A stretch of DNA of 64,000 bases from Octopus sinensis (GCF_006345805.1 NC_043008.1:40672001-40736000); one strand, 5' to 3'; positions 28,128 through 43,009 are shown, numbered from the stretch's first letter. The notes: generated by a model from the sequence alone, not told the origin. Numbers and translations are program-made.

Positions 28128-28354
28128 TATATACACATATATATAATTATATAAAAATATTTATAATGAGGGCACTGGACAAGTACCACCATGCTAGAGA
28201 TAGATGTCAAATATGACTCTAAAATCACATCATGTACTGGAGTATTTCATGTGATTTTAGAGTCACTTTTGATAACTATAGTCTGGTATGTTGATACTTT
28301 TGCAGTGCCCTTCTTATAATCATATCTAAACAATTATATATTTGCATTAATTAC

Positions 28355-28497
28355 TACCTTCAATGCTGGGGATCTCGGCCCGCTCCAAAATTTTTTTGTG
28401 ACGACGTCGATCCAGTGATTGTTGAGGATGTTGCGGAAACATCGCTGGTGGAAGCGCTCGAGGAGACGGATGTGACTGCGGTAAGTGATCCAGGTAA
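28355..28497 (-). pseudogene. RTE-clade LINE fragment (RT C-terminal region)
   Basis: TWITYRSHIRLLERFHQRCFRNILNNHWIDVVT then a frameshift to ILERAEIPSIE; matches the RTE/BovB-type pattern ETWt.Yr.h.r.Le.FHqRCLR.IL.I.W.D.v.N..vL.rA...SIE. Confidence 0.85.
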
Positions 28498-30277
28498 GTG
28501 ATACATATATACGTGCATAAGTTAGTACATGCCATGAAGTAAAAAATTGCAACGTGACAAAGTGAACATAGGTATATTTCACCTAACTGTGTCCCCAAAG
28601 AGGTATTCAAGCCAATTAATAACTAGATCTCTGTAGTAATGCCGCTGCATGCTTAGAGATGTGTGTACCAATGCAACCAGCGTTTAAAACTCTGTATTAG
28701 TATTCCAGCTTGAGGGAATCAGAGACTAACGTCGGAGCTGTCGGTGATGTTTTCGAAGTATATTTCAAATTCCCGATATTCGATCGGTGAAGATGTTTCG
28801 CAGGATATGCTCTTAGCGTTAAGAAAACTTGTTCAATATATAACCCCTACCCTTTTTTATGATGTAGACACACACACACACAAACACACACACGCACACA
28901 TACACATACACACACACACACACGCACGTACACACACACACATATGCATGTATATCTACTCAAACCTATTAATAATATTTTATTTTCCCTTCCTCTGCTT
29001 CGAGCCATTTCCGGCTGCCGATTGTAAACTCTCATGTGAGACATTCATCACATGATACTTTAACGGGTGCGATCGCACTCTTATTCCCACATACGTTGAT
29101 CCATAACATATATATACAGCAGTGTGTGGACGTTTGTTCTTTATTGTTTGAACAATGTTTGTGTCAGTTATTCTCTAAATAGTGTCATGTACTATAACTG
29201 CCCATAAAGATATCTCACACGTCGTTATCTTACATGTTACGTATCTAGGTCTCCATATAATATCAATTCTTTCATGTTCTGAAATTTGCATCTCTGAGAA
29301 AGAAGTTTTATTTATAAATATTTTCAGTCATATATAATTTTCCTTCTTTATATTCTACATAAAAACAGTTTTCATTAAATAAACAACTTTGATTCTATAC
29401 TTTGATCTCGTGTCTTATTCTGTTTTATGTTAGTTCCAGTAGAATTTCTGTCCTACGAGCTTTCGAATACATACATACATAAGCACATACATAATACATA
29501 CATACATGCATGCATACATACATACATACATACATACATACATACATGTGTGTGTGTGTGCGTGTATGTGTGTGTGTGTGTAACTTTCTCATCTTCAAAG
29601 AAATAAATCTTAGATGTTTCGCGTAATAAAGTTTACGCATATTACACATTTCAAAAGAAATCTTATAATCTCCTCTTTGTTTATAATGGAATGGGAAAAT
29701 TATAACTACATAATATTTATTAAAATCTGCACACAAAACCTATTTCTGCAAAGGGCCTATGTAAACTAATTTAAATTAATTTGTTTGCAACAGTCAAACA
29801 TCTAATATTAACACCAATTAAGTCTCAATTGTATATCATATATTTATGGAACCACTTTGAAGAACGTAAAAAGAAACATCGAGATAGGAAATTAATATTT
29901 CCGATTAATATTTTTCTATAGAGCAGGAAAAGAAAACCGAATTAAACTATTAGTCTTTTTTAATTATATATTAACGCTTTACGTTCAAATTCAAACGGGA
30001 ATGACTTTGATATTCGTAACAATCCGAGTTCGATAAAAATTCTAATATTAATGCGGTCTGTATCGTTTCACCAAGTTACATGTTAAATGGATATTCGACA
30101 TTCGTTCTAACGTTAGAAAACTTTGAAGATTTACTAGAAGCTTTTGAAATAGCGGACACTGTGAACAGTTGTGATTAAATAGACAACCAACAGAAATTAA
30201 CATTCACAATTTCCTGTTTTGAAGTGTTATATGGCGAAGGATGAAAATATATTCCGTTCCAGTTCCATCCATTAAGA

Positions 30278-30573
30278 TATGTTTGTTCCTTTTCGAGCCA
30301 TGTCTGGCTCATAAGGGCCGGTTTCCATGGCGTATAGGTTCCCCACCTGGACGGGACGCCGGTCCGTCGCAGGTGAGCTGCAAGAAGCAGAAGGAAAGAG
30401 TGAGAGAAAGTTGTGGTGAAAGAGTCAGCAGAATTTCGCCATTACCTTCTGCCGGAGCCGCGTGGAGCTTAGGTGTTTAACTCATAAACGCACACATCGC
30501 CCGGTCTAAGATTCAAACCCGCGATCCCCCGACCGCGAGTCCGCTGCTCTAATCACTAGGTCATGTATCTCCA
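30278..30573 (-). mobile_element. tRNA-derived SINE, family C, tail type 1
   Basis: Minus head ...tgacctagtgattagagcagcggactcgcggtc...gggtttgaatc (A/B boxes); head and body homologous to 37945-38128. Confidence 0.8.
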
Positions 30574-31095
30574 CCATTATGATATGAATACTGTTCAAAT
30601 CAAATATATTGTCTCCGTATCTTTCTAAATGCAAAGGTATCCCAACAACGATAATACGCACATATATAAATGATACTATTTATACCCGATTGTCCCTTAT
30701 CTCCTCCTACTTCTTCATCCATTCCTAATTCCTTCAATGCATCCTTCTCAATCCCCATAACTAATTACGTGAAACAAATGGAAACTACGATGAATACTCA
30801 AGAAAAAAAAAGTGCGAAGGATTAACAATAAAAGACATCAAATTTATCTGCTTTTTTTTTTACTTAAGAGACTTACCACCCACAGTTTGCGTATTGAATG
30901 TATGGAAACATTAAGAAACCGACAGTTATAACATCATTCAAGTTCAGAGGTACTGTTCGATTCGAAATAAGGAATAAATTTCTATAGAGTGTTCATACTG
31001 AGCTATTAAGACAAAGTGATATTTGTGACAAGCTAAAATTGCATTTTAATTTTCTAATAATGAATTACGTGTTCACATATATACTTGTGTGTATA

Positions 31096-31204
<109 letters not shown>

Positions 31205-31231
31205 TATATATATTATATATATATATATATA

Positions 31232-31335
31232 TATTCTTCCCTTCTTTCCTGAGCGTCCAATAATACTTTATTTGTTCCACGTCCTTGGGTTGTTGTTTTT
31301 TTTTTTCGTTTTTGTTTTCTTGTTTTGATTACTTT
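31232..31335. mobile_element. Truncated copy of the TA-flanked repeat at 45156-45380 (opposite orientation)
   Basis: cttcccttctttcctgagcgtccaataatactttatttgttccacgtcct... is the reverse complement of about 45156-45260. Confidence 0.8.
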
Positions 31336-31646
31336 ATATAATATATATATATATATATACATCTATACATACATTTGTGTGCATCTACACATTCACACAA
31401 TATTTATCTCTCACGCGTGCACACATGCATACATACAAACTGTTTACACTTAATGATATATGATTGATGTACTTACTGATACATGAGAGTATGAGTTTAT
31501 GTTATTTTTGTTCCAATGCTAAACGAATTATACAACAATCGTAAGCAAGGACTACATTGTAGCCATATCCTACTCTTCTACACAACTGTATTACCTGCAT
31601 AACACTGTGATATTCCCGAATCCCATCTTGTTGAGGTACATATATA

Positions 31647-31692
<46 letters not shown>

Positions 31693-32802
31693 TAACTTGC
31701 TACTTGAATGTTTGGTTTCATATTCTGTTGGTTTGCTATCATACAATGTTCGCTTATATGTTATATAAAACTTCTTAATGGCAATATACTGCAGACCATT
31801 GTAACTATAATGGACTCAGTAGACGTTTTCCGTGATAGAATTGTGCTAATGTACACGCAGAATCCTGTGACACACACATACAAGCATACGTAAAGAAACG
31901 AAGACAAGTGCTCGTTTTGAAAGCGCACGTACACATGCGTGCATATATGCACACATGCTTTTATACAGATATACATGAATTTAATATATACATGCCTGTA
32001 TGTCAGTCTCCTTTCTCTATTTCTCTCTCTCTCTCTCTGTCTCCCCCTCTCCCTCTCCCTCTCACCCGCCGTATATACATATATGTGTGTATGTATTTTT
32101 GTATCTGTGTGGACATGACTGTGTGTTTGTGTGCATCCCTGTGCGTGTGTGCTTGCGTGCGTGCCTGTGTAACCATGTTGATGCGGAGTTCTTGGAAAAC
32201 AATACACTGGCTCTCACGTGTATGTACTTTACATAGTATCGTCTAAGTCTGTCTTCTCTATCGTCTTCCAGAATTTCCACCCGTTTTATGCTGCTCTTTG
32301 TAAAAATATTCCCAGCGGAAAGATACTGAACGACAATTCCGACAATGAATATCATAAATGAGACAACAACTGAAATTAACGTTGAATCCAGAATCAAATT
32401 ATTCCATTAGTATAAATGTATCTTGAACAAAGAAAATACTTCTGCTTGATATGTGTTAAGTGGTGTTTAGTGAGAAATTTGTAAGGAAACTTCATTCTGA
32501 TAGAAATCCTGTATGAAAAATAGATTATGGAAGTATTTACAGTATTGACAAGTAGTAGTTTTCTTATAAGTTCAGTAAATGTGTTCAGAAATAGTGGGAT
32601 TTTAGACTTGTCAAAATGATGTGCATACAAATTTCCGAAAAGTTTTTTTGCGATCAAAAACCACAATCCGCCGGAAGGAAATTACCATTTATTTCAACGA
32701 CACTAAAATACTGATTGGTACAGGTGTCCACAGAACAACCTTCACTCAAAATACGAAGTATTCCTGCTGCAGTGTTTAATTCATTGCATATGTAAATATG
32801 CC

Positions 32803-33033
32803 TATTTCTTTACTGCCCACAAGGGGCTAAACACAGAGAAGACAAACAAGCACAGACAAACGGATTGAGTCGACTATATCGACCCCAGTGCGTAACTGGT
32901 ACTTATTTAAGTGACCCCGAAAGAATGAAAGGCAAAGTTGACCTCGGCGGAATTTGAACTCAGAACGTAGCGGCAGACGAAATACCGCTAAGCATTTCGC
33001 CCGGGGTGCTAACGTTTCTGCCAGCTCGCCGCC
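32803..33033 (-). mobile_element. SINE family B (B1), full length
   Basis: tatttctttactgcccacaagggg...ctgccagctcgccgcc; close match to the 43.7, 47.7 and 49.3 kb copies. Confidence 0.92.
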
Positions 33034-33049
33034 TTAATATATGTAATAT

Positions 33050-33610
33050 ATACCTGCTCACAGAATATAGTGGCCATAGAAATTAATCCAGAAGTATTTC
33101 CCGTGTCTTCTTTGACGACGACCTGAAATTATATGGGCCAAATATCAACCACATTAAAAAGAAACAGTTGAACCACATAACCCAATATTCAACAGACAGT
33201 AGAATGCAATTTGTTCATTCAGAAAGTGCAACTTTGACAATCGTAACTGGAAAAGTTGTCTTCTTCTGAAATCAAGAAAGATCGTGACAATACGACCTCT
33301 ATAGTCAGCTGGTACTTAGAGTTGTCCCGGGCAAGATGATAATGTCCTATAAATAAGGAGAGGACGAAGATAAATAGCCCAGGAGCCTAAATAGAATATA
33401 ATCATCAGAAATCTGCAACTCTAACTGGCATATGGCCCACAAAATGGTTTGACGGTCTCATTTTTGACCCTCTGAAGTGGTGATTAAAATAATTATATGA
33501 GATGGCTGTACGAAATCGCAAGATGCTAAGTGTTACAGGAAATTTTGGCATCCAAGGGGATGTAGAATTTGTGTCTCTGTAATCAACCACATAATTTGGA
33601 TATGTAATAA
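33050..33610 (+). pseudogene. Old R4/Dong-like RT fragment
   Basis: FDDDLKLYGPNINHIKKKQLNHITQYSTDSRMQF...GQDDNV...RKMLSVTGNF..GDV, collinear with the YMDDLKLYA...GMKFG...RKILT region of the 54-57 kb element. Confidence 0.6.
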
Positions 33611-33749
33611 ACTTGAGTAGGGGTCTGAAATAAGAGCTGATACATATTTGTCCCCAAGGAGCATTAATAAGAGTCATTTATCAGAAGAAAGATTTATAAA
33701 AGTGAACCTGTTGACTGTAAATATTGTACATGGGTACTTGGAACGAAAA

Positions 33750-34521
33750 ACACAAACCATAAAATGGACCGTAGTTCATGAGCACCTGGTAAAGCTTCGG
33801 TACACAAATCGCTACAATGTTTGGGTACCACGTGAGTCGAGTGAGAAGAACCTTTTGCATCGCATTTCCACCCGTGTTTCGCTTTATAAACGCGCCTTTT
33901 TAAAAGCAAATTGTGACAGGTGATGAGAAATGGATTATCTACCGAAATGTTCAGAGCCACCCTTAGCCACTCCAAAAGCGGGTCTTCACCCTAAAAAAAG
34001 TTTTGCTTTGTGCCTGGTGGGATTGGAAAGGAATTCTGTACTATGAGCTTCTCCCAAGTAACCAGACAATTAATTCTGAGAAATTCTGCCCACATTTGGA
34101 TGATTTAAAAGCAGCAATTCAAGAGAAACGCCCAGAAGGGTGATGTTTTTCAACATGATAATGCACAGATAGGGCACGTTTCTTTGGAAACAAGACAAAA
34201 ATTGCTGCAGCTCGGCTGGAATGTGTTACCCTACCTTCCATATTCACCAGATATTGCTCCTTCGGATTTCCACTAATTCAAGGCTCTGCAGAATAGCCTT
34301 ACTGGTAAAAACTTCAATTGACGTAAAAATATACCTTGATGAATTGTTTGCCATGAAGCCACCTCAAATCTGGGAAGAGAGTAATTTCAAGTTAAAGGAA
34401 AGATAGAGACCCATTGTGCAACAAAATGGTTCATCTTCGGTTGATTAAAATGCAATGGCAAGTATATGTTTACCTTTTCCTTTCCTTTAAAATCGGCACT
34501 AACTTTCCGGACAACCCAATA
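33750..34521 (+). mobile_element. mariner transposon, 3' fragment (DD34D-type transposase pseudogene plus right TIR)
   Basis: Motifs WVPRESSEKN, KQIVTGDEKWIIY, HPKKVLLCAWWDWKGILYYELL, FQHDNA and PYSPDIAPSDFH; terminal ...taactttccggacaacccaa followed by TA. Confidence 0.92.
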
Positions 34522-35121
34522 TTTCAATGTGTAAATACTTTTAAATCGCTAATATACATTCAATCGCTAATGCCCAAATGATTGAATCGTTTACTATCGA
34601 TACATCTTTGGAGACTGAGAGATTACTATCAAAACGTTATAGCGAATATATATTGGGATATAATCTACGATTTACATTATTTTATTATTTGTCAGTATTT
34701 TGGTGAAATAATTTAGCTATCTGAATATGTTTATACAACATTAAATACCAATACTTTAGGTTAGTATTAAATTGGAAAATCTGCTTTAGAAGATCATAAT
34801 AAATTGCTTAAAATATTCTACCATATGAAACAAAATTTAATTTCAATTCAATTGGATAAACACTAGTGCGTGTAAAATTAAATATATATCAATAGTAACA
34901 GATAAGTTCATTTTATTTCACACGGTATCAATAATTACAGTATAATAGAAGTTGGAATTGAAATAAAATTACCTGAAGTACCAAACCGTAAATGTATGCA
35001 CACATATATAATAAATCTATATTGTAAATATATCATATGCATATATGTGTGTATATATATAGACGCATACACACACACATATATACATACATATATATAT
35101 ATAATATATATATATATATAA

Positions 35122-35195
<74 letters not shown>

Positions 35196-35324
35196 ATATA
35201 TATATGTAGGTCCCGGGTTGATTCGGGGTTTCTCTTGAATGAAACAGTTCTAGTCCTGTAGAAGCTCCTTCTATATAATAAATATATATATATATATATA
35301 TACACATTGGTGGTAAACATGAAA

Positions 35325-35462
35325 TTGTTATTGTTGTTATTATTATTATCATTATTATTATTATATTATTATTATTATTATTATTATTATATTATTGGTA
35401 TTATTATTATTATTATTATTATTTATTATTATTGGTTATTATTATTATTATTATTATTATTA

Positions 35463-35494
<32 letters not shown>

Positions 35495-35555
35495 GTTATT
35501 ATTATTATATTATTATTATATTATTTATTATTGTTATTATTATTATTATTATTAG
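35325..35555. repeat. (TTA)n microsatellite tract
   Basis: Direct reading. Confidence 0.95.
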
Positions 35556-36091
35556 TGTGATACATTTAATGTAAGAAACAATTACAATTGGAATCCAACT
35601 GGGAAATATTAAAATGTATGTATTTAAGTGACAATTACAAGGAAAGAGAATGTTTCCTTTCTTGTCATATGTGCTTATCATATGATAAATGCACATGTAA
35701 TCAAAATATGTTTGAAACATCATTTTAGGAATCGAATAAGCTGAAAATTAATATTTCATTAAATATTAAGCAGTAAAAATACTTAGAACCAGCTCAACAT
35801 GGTATTTTGAAAGTGGTGTACTGATATTGGTATATGTTTGGTTGGCTTCCAATAACAAGAAACGAAATAATTTAGGAATGTATACGTGTTGTTGTTCCAT
35901 ATATAAAGTGTGTTGAAATTTTGTGTTGCGATTAACTTCAAATTTTCGTGTATAGAGACATGAATGAGAAGATTTTGTTAATTTGTAAGAAGAAGAAATG
36001 GAATGTCCTCGAACAATATGCAAAACCATGTTTAAAGAAAATTCGGGAGCGCTTATTACATACATACATATATACATGCATATATATATAT

Positions 36092-36136
<45 letters not shown>

Positions 36137-36180
36137 TATATATATTATATATACATGTGGTTGCTGTTTATATATATATA

Positions 36181-36280
36181 AAACTGGAAACACAAAACGA
36201 AAATTGTTACTCGGAGTTGCACGTCATCGTTCGTTGGATATTTTGGGTGAGAATTCTTGGCAGCTTCAATAATAAAGTAT
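36181..36280 (+). mobile_element. TA-flanked dispersed repeat fragment (family E), copy 1
   Basis: ggaaacacaaaacgaaaattgttactc...cgttcgttg...gagaatt..tggcagcttca repeated at 41328-41425. Confidence 0.8.
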
Positions 36281-36293
36281 ATATATATATATA

Positions 36294-36326
<33 letters not shown>

Positions 36327-36327
36327 C

Positions 36328-36386
<59 letters not shown>

Positions 36387-36695
36387 TGTGTCTGTGTGTT
36401 TGACAGCATTCTCTAAGCAACCGTTTACGAATTCACCTTACAAAACTATAAAAGCGGGCACCTACCCAAGTTGGCACGTAGTGCGACCTTACCCGGACGC
36501 GTGTCAGTGGAAAGAAAATAATATACCAATTATATTCACAAATCAAGAAGACCTTACATGTTTGTTTAACTATCAGGACTCTGCCACTGAAGGCAGTTAA
36601 CGCGGCTGAATTTTTTTATCTAATTTCTAGGTTGGTATGTATATATATAAAAATCCATATATTTGTCAATTTATTGATATATCAAAAGGAAAATA

Positions 36696-36766
<71 letters not shown>

Positions 36767-36910
36767 GTATATACATATGCAAATACATACATATATTTTT
36801 ATATATACATATATATAAATATATACATGTATATATATATATAATATATATATATATATTATATATATATATGTAGATATTAAGTATGTTATAGTTATAT
36901 TATATATATA

Positions 36911-36911
36911 T

Positions 36912-36995
<84 letters not shown>

Positions 36996-37039
36996 TGAGA
37001 TAGATATAGATAGGGTGATAGAGAGATAGATAGACATAC

Positions 37040-37095
<56 letters not shown>

Positions 37096-37110
37096 AGATA
37101 GACAGACAAA
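36911..37110. repeat. (GA)n/(GATA)n compound microsatellite
   Basis: Direct reading. Confidence 0.95.
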
Positions 37111-37425
37111 TAGATATAATTAACATGGAATAGAATATACGGGGATAATGTAAATTCTGATGCAAGTAAGTAAAATAGAATTAGATGTAATACACACACA
37201 GTCAAACAAATGTATATTTAGGCTCAGAGGATATATCTTCAAAGTGATTTATGCTTTTATTGAAAATATATGCTCGTAATTGTATGTGCATATTCTATGA
37301 TTTATATTTGAATATATATATATATATATACAAATGTTTTAAATTTAATATCAATTCCTTTAATTTAATCGATAATATGTATCATTACTTATATCTTAAT
37401 ATTATTATTATTATTATTATTATTA

Positions 37426-37480
<55 letters not shown>

Positions 37481-37850
37481 TAATGGTATTTTACTAGCAT
37501 CATTTGAACATCATTTGGTTATTTTTTTCTTCTCTGTTATATGTATTTATTATAGAAAGTAAAAACAACAGGAGGTATTCTACTAAGCTAAAAAAACAAT
37601 GAAATCGTTGTTATTTGCATCATTACCTTGTATATCCCTCATCTCTACTGAAAGGCATTTAACATGACATCAATATTTCATGTCACAAACAAGTATTAAT
37701 AGAATTCTTCAGTTTTTCCGGAAAGGGAGGTTTACATTGATACGCATTTTTCTATAACCTACATAATACTCTCACACAGACACAAACTCGTATATCCACA
37801 AATATATATATCAGTATATGTATATACATATTTATAAATCCTTACGTTCC

Positions 37851-38128
37851 TGACGTGACCGACCAGACCATCAGATGTTGTTACACATCGGTGGTCACAA
37901 TGCGTTCGCATTGTTTTAGCCTCTGAATGACGCCACCCCGCAGAAGAAAGAGTGGGAGAAGGAGTGGTGAAAGAGTACAGCAGGGATCACCCCCCCCCCC
38001 TGCCGGAGCGTCGTGCAGATTTTAGGTGGTTTCGCTCAATAAACACTCACGACGCCCGGTCTGGGAATCGAAACCGCGATCCTACAACCGCGAGTCCGCT
38101 GCCCAACCACTGGGCCATTGCGCCTCCA
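37851..38128 (-). mobile_element. tRNA-derived SINE, family C, tail type 2
   Basis: Minus head ggaggcgcaatggcccagtggttgggcagcggactcgcggttgtaggatcgcggtttcgattccc (clear A and B boxes, tRNA-like). Confidence 0.85.
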
Positions 38129-38171
38129 TATATATAATATATATATAATATATATATATATATAATATATA

Positions 38172-38252
<81 letters not shown>

Positions 38253-38264
38253 TGTGTGTGTGTG

Positions 38265-38299
<35 letters not shown>

Positions 38300-38412
38300 A
38301 TTATATTCATAACGTTTATTCTGTCTTTGTACGGGTATATTAATTTTATCATTAAAATTGATTTCAAATTTTGTTACTAGGCTAGAAATTTCTGATGGAA
38401 GGATGAGCCAAT

Positions 38413-38510
38413 TACGCTGACTCCAGTCCTCAGCTGGTGCTTATATAATCGACCCCGGATACATGGAAGGAAAGTCAACCCACCTGCATTTGAACTGAGG
38501 ACGTGAAGTT
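38413..38510 (-). mobile_element. Degenerate SINE family B core fragment
   Basis: gactccagt...ctggtgcttatataatcgacccc...gaaagtcaacc...gcatttgaact. Confidence 0.65.
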
Positions 38511-39016
38511 GGTAAACAGGCATTATAATTTTTATTTAAATTTGTGGATAGTAAGAAATTATTTCTCCCCGACACTCATGATGAAATATCAATTCTCCCT
38601 CTTCGATGTAAATGTGTTATATAGTTTTCAATATAAAAGTATTTCATCAAAATATATATATAAGGGTATGTATACATATTTCAAATATGTTTATACTGCA
38701 GCAACTATAATTTGAGAATTTATATTACTTCAGTATATAGACATGTATGCAAATATGCATTTACGTACGTGTATACACACACAAACAGACACATCCTCAT
38801 GAGCATATTCCAACATATTGATAAAGAAAAATGTTTTGTTTAGCGCTTCATATAATCACATTCACACACTCACACATATATTTGGTGTATGTGTGTTCCT
38901 ATGTATATAGATATATGCGTATATGTATGTGCGCTTATGTGTGTTCGTGTATAAGGTTTACATGTACCTATGTATTAATATGTAAGTATATATAGATAAA
39001 TACATATGTATGTATA

Positions 39017-39066
<50 letters not shown>

Positions 39067-41276
39067 TGTAGAGTTAGAATTATATATAAAGTTATGTAAG
39101 CGTAAATTGTTAATTTGCATTGTGTTTACTTTCTCAATAACATGTAAATTGAGGAATATACGCAACACACAAAATAGGAAATGCTAAAAAATATATTAAT
39201 ATATTAATAGAATATTTCAAGTCATGTTTTACTGACAAACACCAGTTTTAATAAAAAGAATATCAGAATTCCTCATCATAACAATATTTGTTTCTCTATG
39301 ATTCAATTTCAATGGAATTAAATGAAACCTTTCGATGTTTCAGGAATAATATGCATTGATGTTGTTGAAATACATGGCAGAAACACTCAACTACCATTTA
39401 CTTCCTATAATCAATCAGAAATCGATACATATATATTGAAGCTAGCTAATGTTTGGCACCAAAAAATTTCTTTTTTTGTTTTCTGTTTTTCGTTCACCTA
39501 AACTAAAAGAAAGCGACATGGACAATTCATTTGAAAATTCTATAGAATTGACTCCCACACATTCAGAACTGGAAACTGTAGTTATTGAGTCCTGAAAATA
39601 GGAAAAAAACTCAGCTAGTCTTCGGACTTTATACAATAATTCATAGTGTAATACATTCAAATTCACACACTGTTGCCATATATATTTTTAAACGTGTATT
39701 TTGTAAGTGTGTGTAATACATGAATATCTACACGATAAGCTCCGATCGGTCGTAGAGTATATCAAAGTGAAACCTCTACGCAACTTCCCAAAACAATGAT
39801 ACTTCCAGCAAAACAAGTTATACATTGTGATTTCCTAAATCTCTACAAAGAAACAAATTGATTCGTTACTACTACATGCATTTCAGGTATATTTAAGATA
39901 TGCCAAGCACGATATGGAACCTTTCTAGACATTGGCATGAAATACGGAAAAAATGTAAGCCTGTCAACTATACATATCTATATATCGCTCGCTCGATCTA
40001 TCTGTCTGTATGTCTGTCTATCTGTATATACATCAATATATAGATACATCGATAGATAGACATACAAACGCATACATACACAAATACTGAAGGATATGCG
40101 AACATGTAACTATGAACATGCAACGTATATCTATATCAGGAAAAGTCCGTATATAGATATATAAGTACATAGAATATAAATATAATTGAGGGCAAATACG
40201 TCCAACCACTGCAAGCTTCATTTCAATATACACAGGCTGAAAGCGGTGAAGAGGACAAATAAAAAATTTCTTTAAATTAATATTATAATCCTAGATTGAT
40301 CAATTTCTGGGTAAGTATAACTCTTCATCATTAGGATATATCAAGCGTAATAAATGAAAATATGTATACATACCTTATAAATGCAATCAAATAAATACGA
40401 GTGCATATGAATATACACCATGAATACGATTGGAATTTCGTAGTCCACCTCAACACGGGTGTCTTTGGTCAGAATAGTACAGAAGTAAATAAACTGTCCC
40501 GAAGTGAGTAAGATACATCTACACATAATTAAAGAATAATATTATTAAAAATTGATGAATATTATAATTGAGCAGCATATAAAAGACCTTTAGCTAAAAT
40601 CTGTATATAAATATATCCGTATATAGGTATAAAATTATCTAGAATATAATTATAACTCGTATTTATGCGTGTGCGTTTATATGGGTATATGTACATATTT
40701 TCATTTATTACACATGGTATATCCCATCATCCAGAAATTTACCAATCTTGAATTATCCAAATTATTTTATGAATTGTTTGGTTGGTCCACATTTCCCGCT
40801 TTCAACGCGTGTATACTGAAGGGAAGCTTGTAGTGTTTGGACGTATTTACCGTCTTTTTCTAGCATATAGGCACAGTTGCGTCTGTGCCGTTAATTATAA
40901 TTATATTCTCTATAATTATATATGTATATACGGATATATCTACATACGAATTTTACATAAAAGTTTTTTTTTATATGCTACCAATGATAAATTCATCAAT
41001 TTTTTATGATTTTATCCTTTCAATATATTTTGATGCATTTCATTCACTTCGGGATAGAATATTTGCTTCTCTGCTATTCTCACTAGATACAGACCTGTTG
41101 AGGTGGACAACGAGATTTCATTCGTATATATTTGTGGATACTTCTATGTATTCGTCTTTATTCGTGAGCATTTATATTTTCATTTATTACGATTGGTATA
41201 TCCAACTGATGAAGGAAGAGTTATCATAGAATAAAGATTATTTGCCAACATAATGATAGTCCTGGTTACGACAATT

Positions 41277-41327
<51 letters not shown>

Positions 41328-41329
<2 letters not shown>

Positions 41330-41460
41330 CGGGAAACACAAAACGAAAATTGTTACTCAGAGTTCCACGTCGCCGTTCGTTGAATTTTTTAGATGAGAAT
41401 TATTGGCAGCTTCATCAATAAGGCATTTTACTCTACCTTCGGTAACTGGACGTCCCATCC
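41328..41460 (+). mobile_element. TA-flanked dispersed repeat fragment (family E), copy 2
   Basis: Similar to 36181-36280; also starts directly after a (TA)n run. Confidence 0.8.
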
Positions 41461-41720
41461 ACAAAAGTCAGAGAAAATGGCCTGTAGTCACGTATGACCA
41501 ACAGGGAGAGAGAAAATGGGACAAGATAGGAGATGACAGGAAAGAATTAGAGGGAGTGAGGAGAAGGGAGAAGGAAAGAAAGATAGAGAGTGAAAGAAAG
41601 ACAGACGAAGGACAGCAAAGGAGAAGGGGGAGAAAAGGAAGTGTGCAGGATTATAGAGGGATAGAAAGAGAGAATGAGAATAGGCACAGAACAGAGTCGC
41701 AGAAATTATATATAAATGTA

Positions 41721-41841
<121 letters not shown>

Positions 41842-41856
41842 GTATGTATGTATATG

Positions 41857-41894
<38 letters not shown>

Positions 41895-42338
41895 ACACAA
41901 TAAGGTAGCAAGTACGTAACACTTTTTAATAGAAGTGTTATTTTCCGGCGCCGTAAGTTTGGCGCAAGGAATTTCACAGTTCTCCAAACGCAATTTTAGT
42001 GCTACTGAAATCCCATCAGTTATTTGACAACGGAGAAACGTTAGAAAACGGAGAATGAGAGGTAAATAAGTCAGTTAATTATTATGCATGAGGAAGCAAA
42101 GACTAAACAACAGTAATCGTCCAAGGATAATACGTTTCTTGTTTCCCCTGTGTGCTTGAAATAAAAAAGGTCCTTTGATTGGATACTGTTGATTTCTTTT
42201 ATACAGTGGCTAACATCAAAATTATTCTTACAACATAGTCCAGAGTGTATAAACCCGTCTCAGAAGTGTTATTCAGGAAAATTTATATATAGTATTCCTT
42301 AAGACAAAGTTATGTATTTCTCGAAAAATTGCACGTAT

Positions 42339-42427
<89 letters not shown>

Positions 42428-43009
42428 TATGTGTGTTTATATTAAAACTGAGATATCGAAATTGGTACACAGGCGCATACTCATACATATGTCAACAAGC
42501 TTAGTTTGCCACAAATGTTCTCCTTCTGTTATATTTCGCTTCCCTGATGTAGAACAAAATAGAATAAAATACTTAATACATACAGGATCATTTACATTTA
42601 TCCTGAAAGTGAAGAAACGACTTTAATATTTGTCGTAATGGCATATCTAAAGAACAGAATGCGAACAAATGTAACAAAAATATCTGAAAACTAAAGAAAC
42701 TAGATAACGTTAATTCGTAAATGTTCGCCACGTATTTGTGTATATTAATCCGAAAGCTATTAACAAGAGTCTTGCGTAAATGGTGACTGTAATGCCACTT
42801 GTTCATGTTTAGGCACGTAGATTTCTATTCACTCAAACATCATAAGAATCTTGCCTATATGGCCCGAAGTAATTCCTCGCTAAGCTTTGTGCAAATTTTT
42901 GAGGATGTCGTTCGCAACGAAACGTTTTGTTTTTAAATGCTGCGATACGCCAATAAATTTAATGTCTTATAAAGTGTCATAAATAATTGATGAAAATAGT
43001 ATTTACCAA

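Noticed and set aside
36446-36510. TATA box (tataaaag) followed by a GC-rich stretch
   Set aside because: No initiator at the expected distance and no downstream exon; single motif
42895-42930. Hammerhead-like string uugagga-u-gucg-uucg-caac-gaaacguu
   Set aside because: C3 is mutated, stem II is mismatched and no stem I pairing is possible; at best a dead relic
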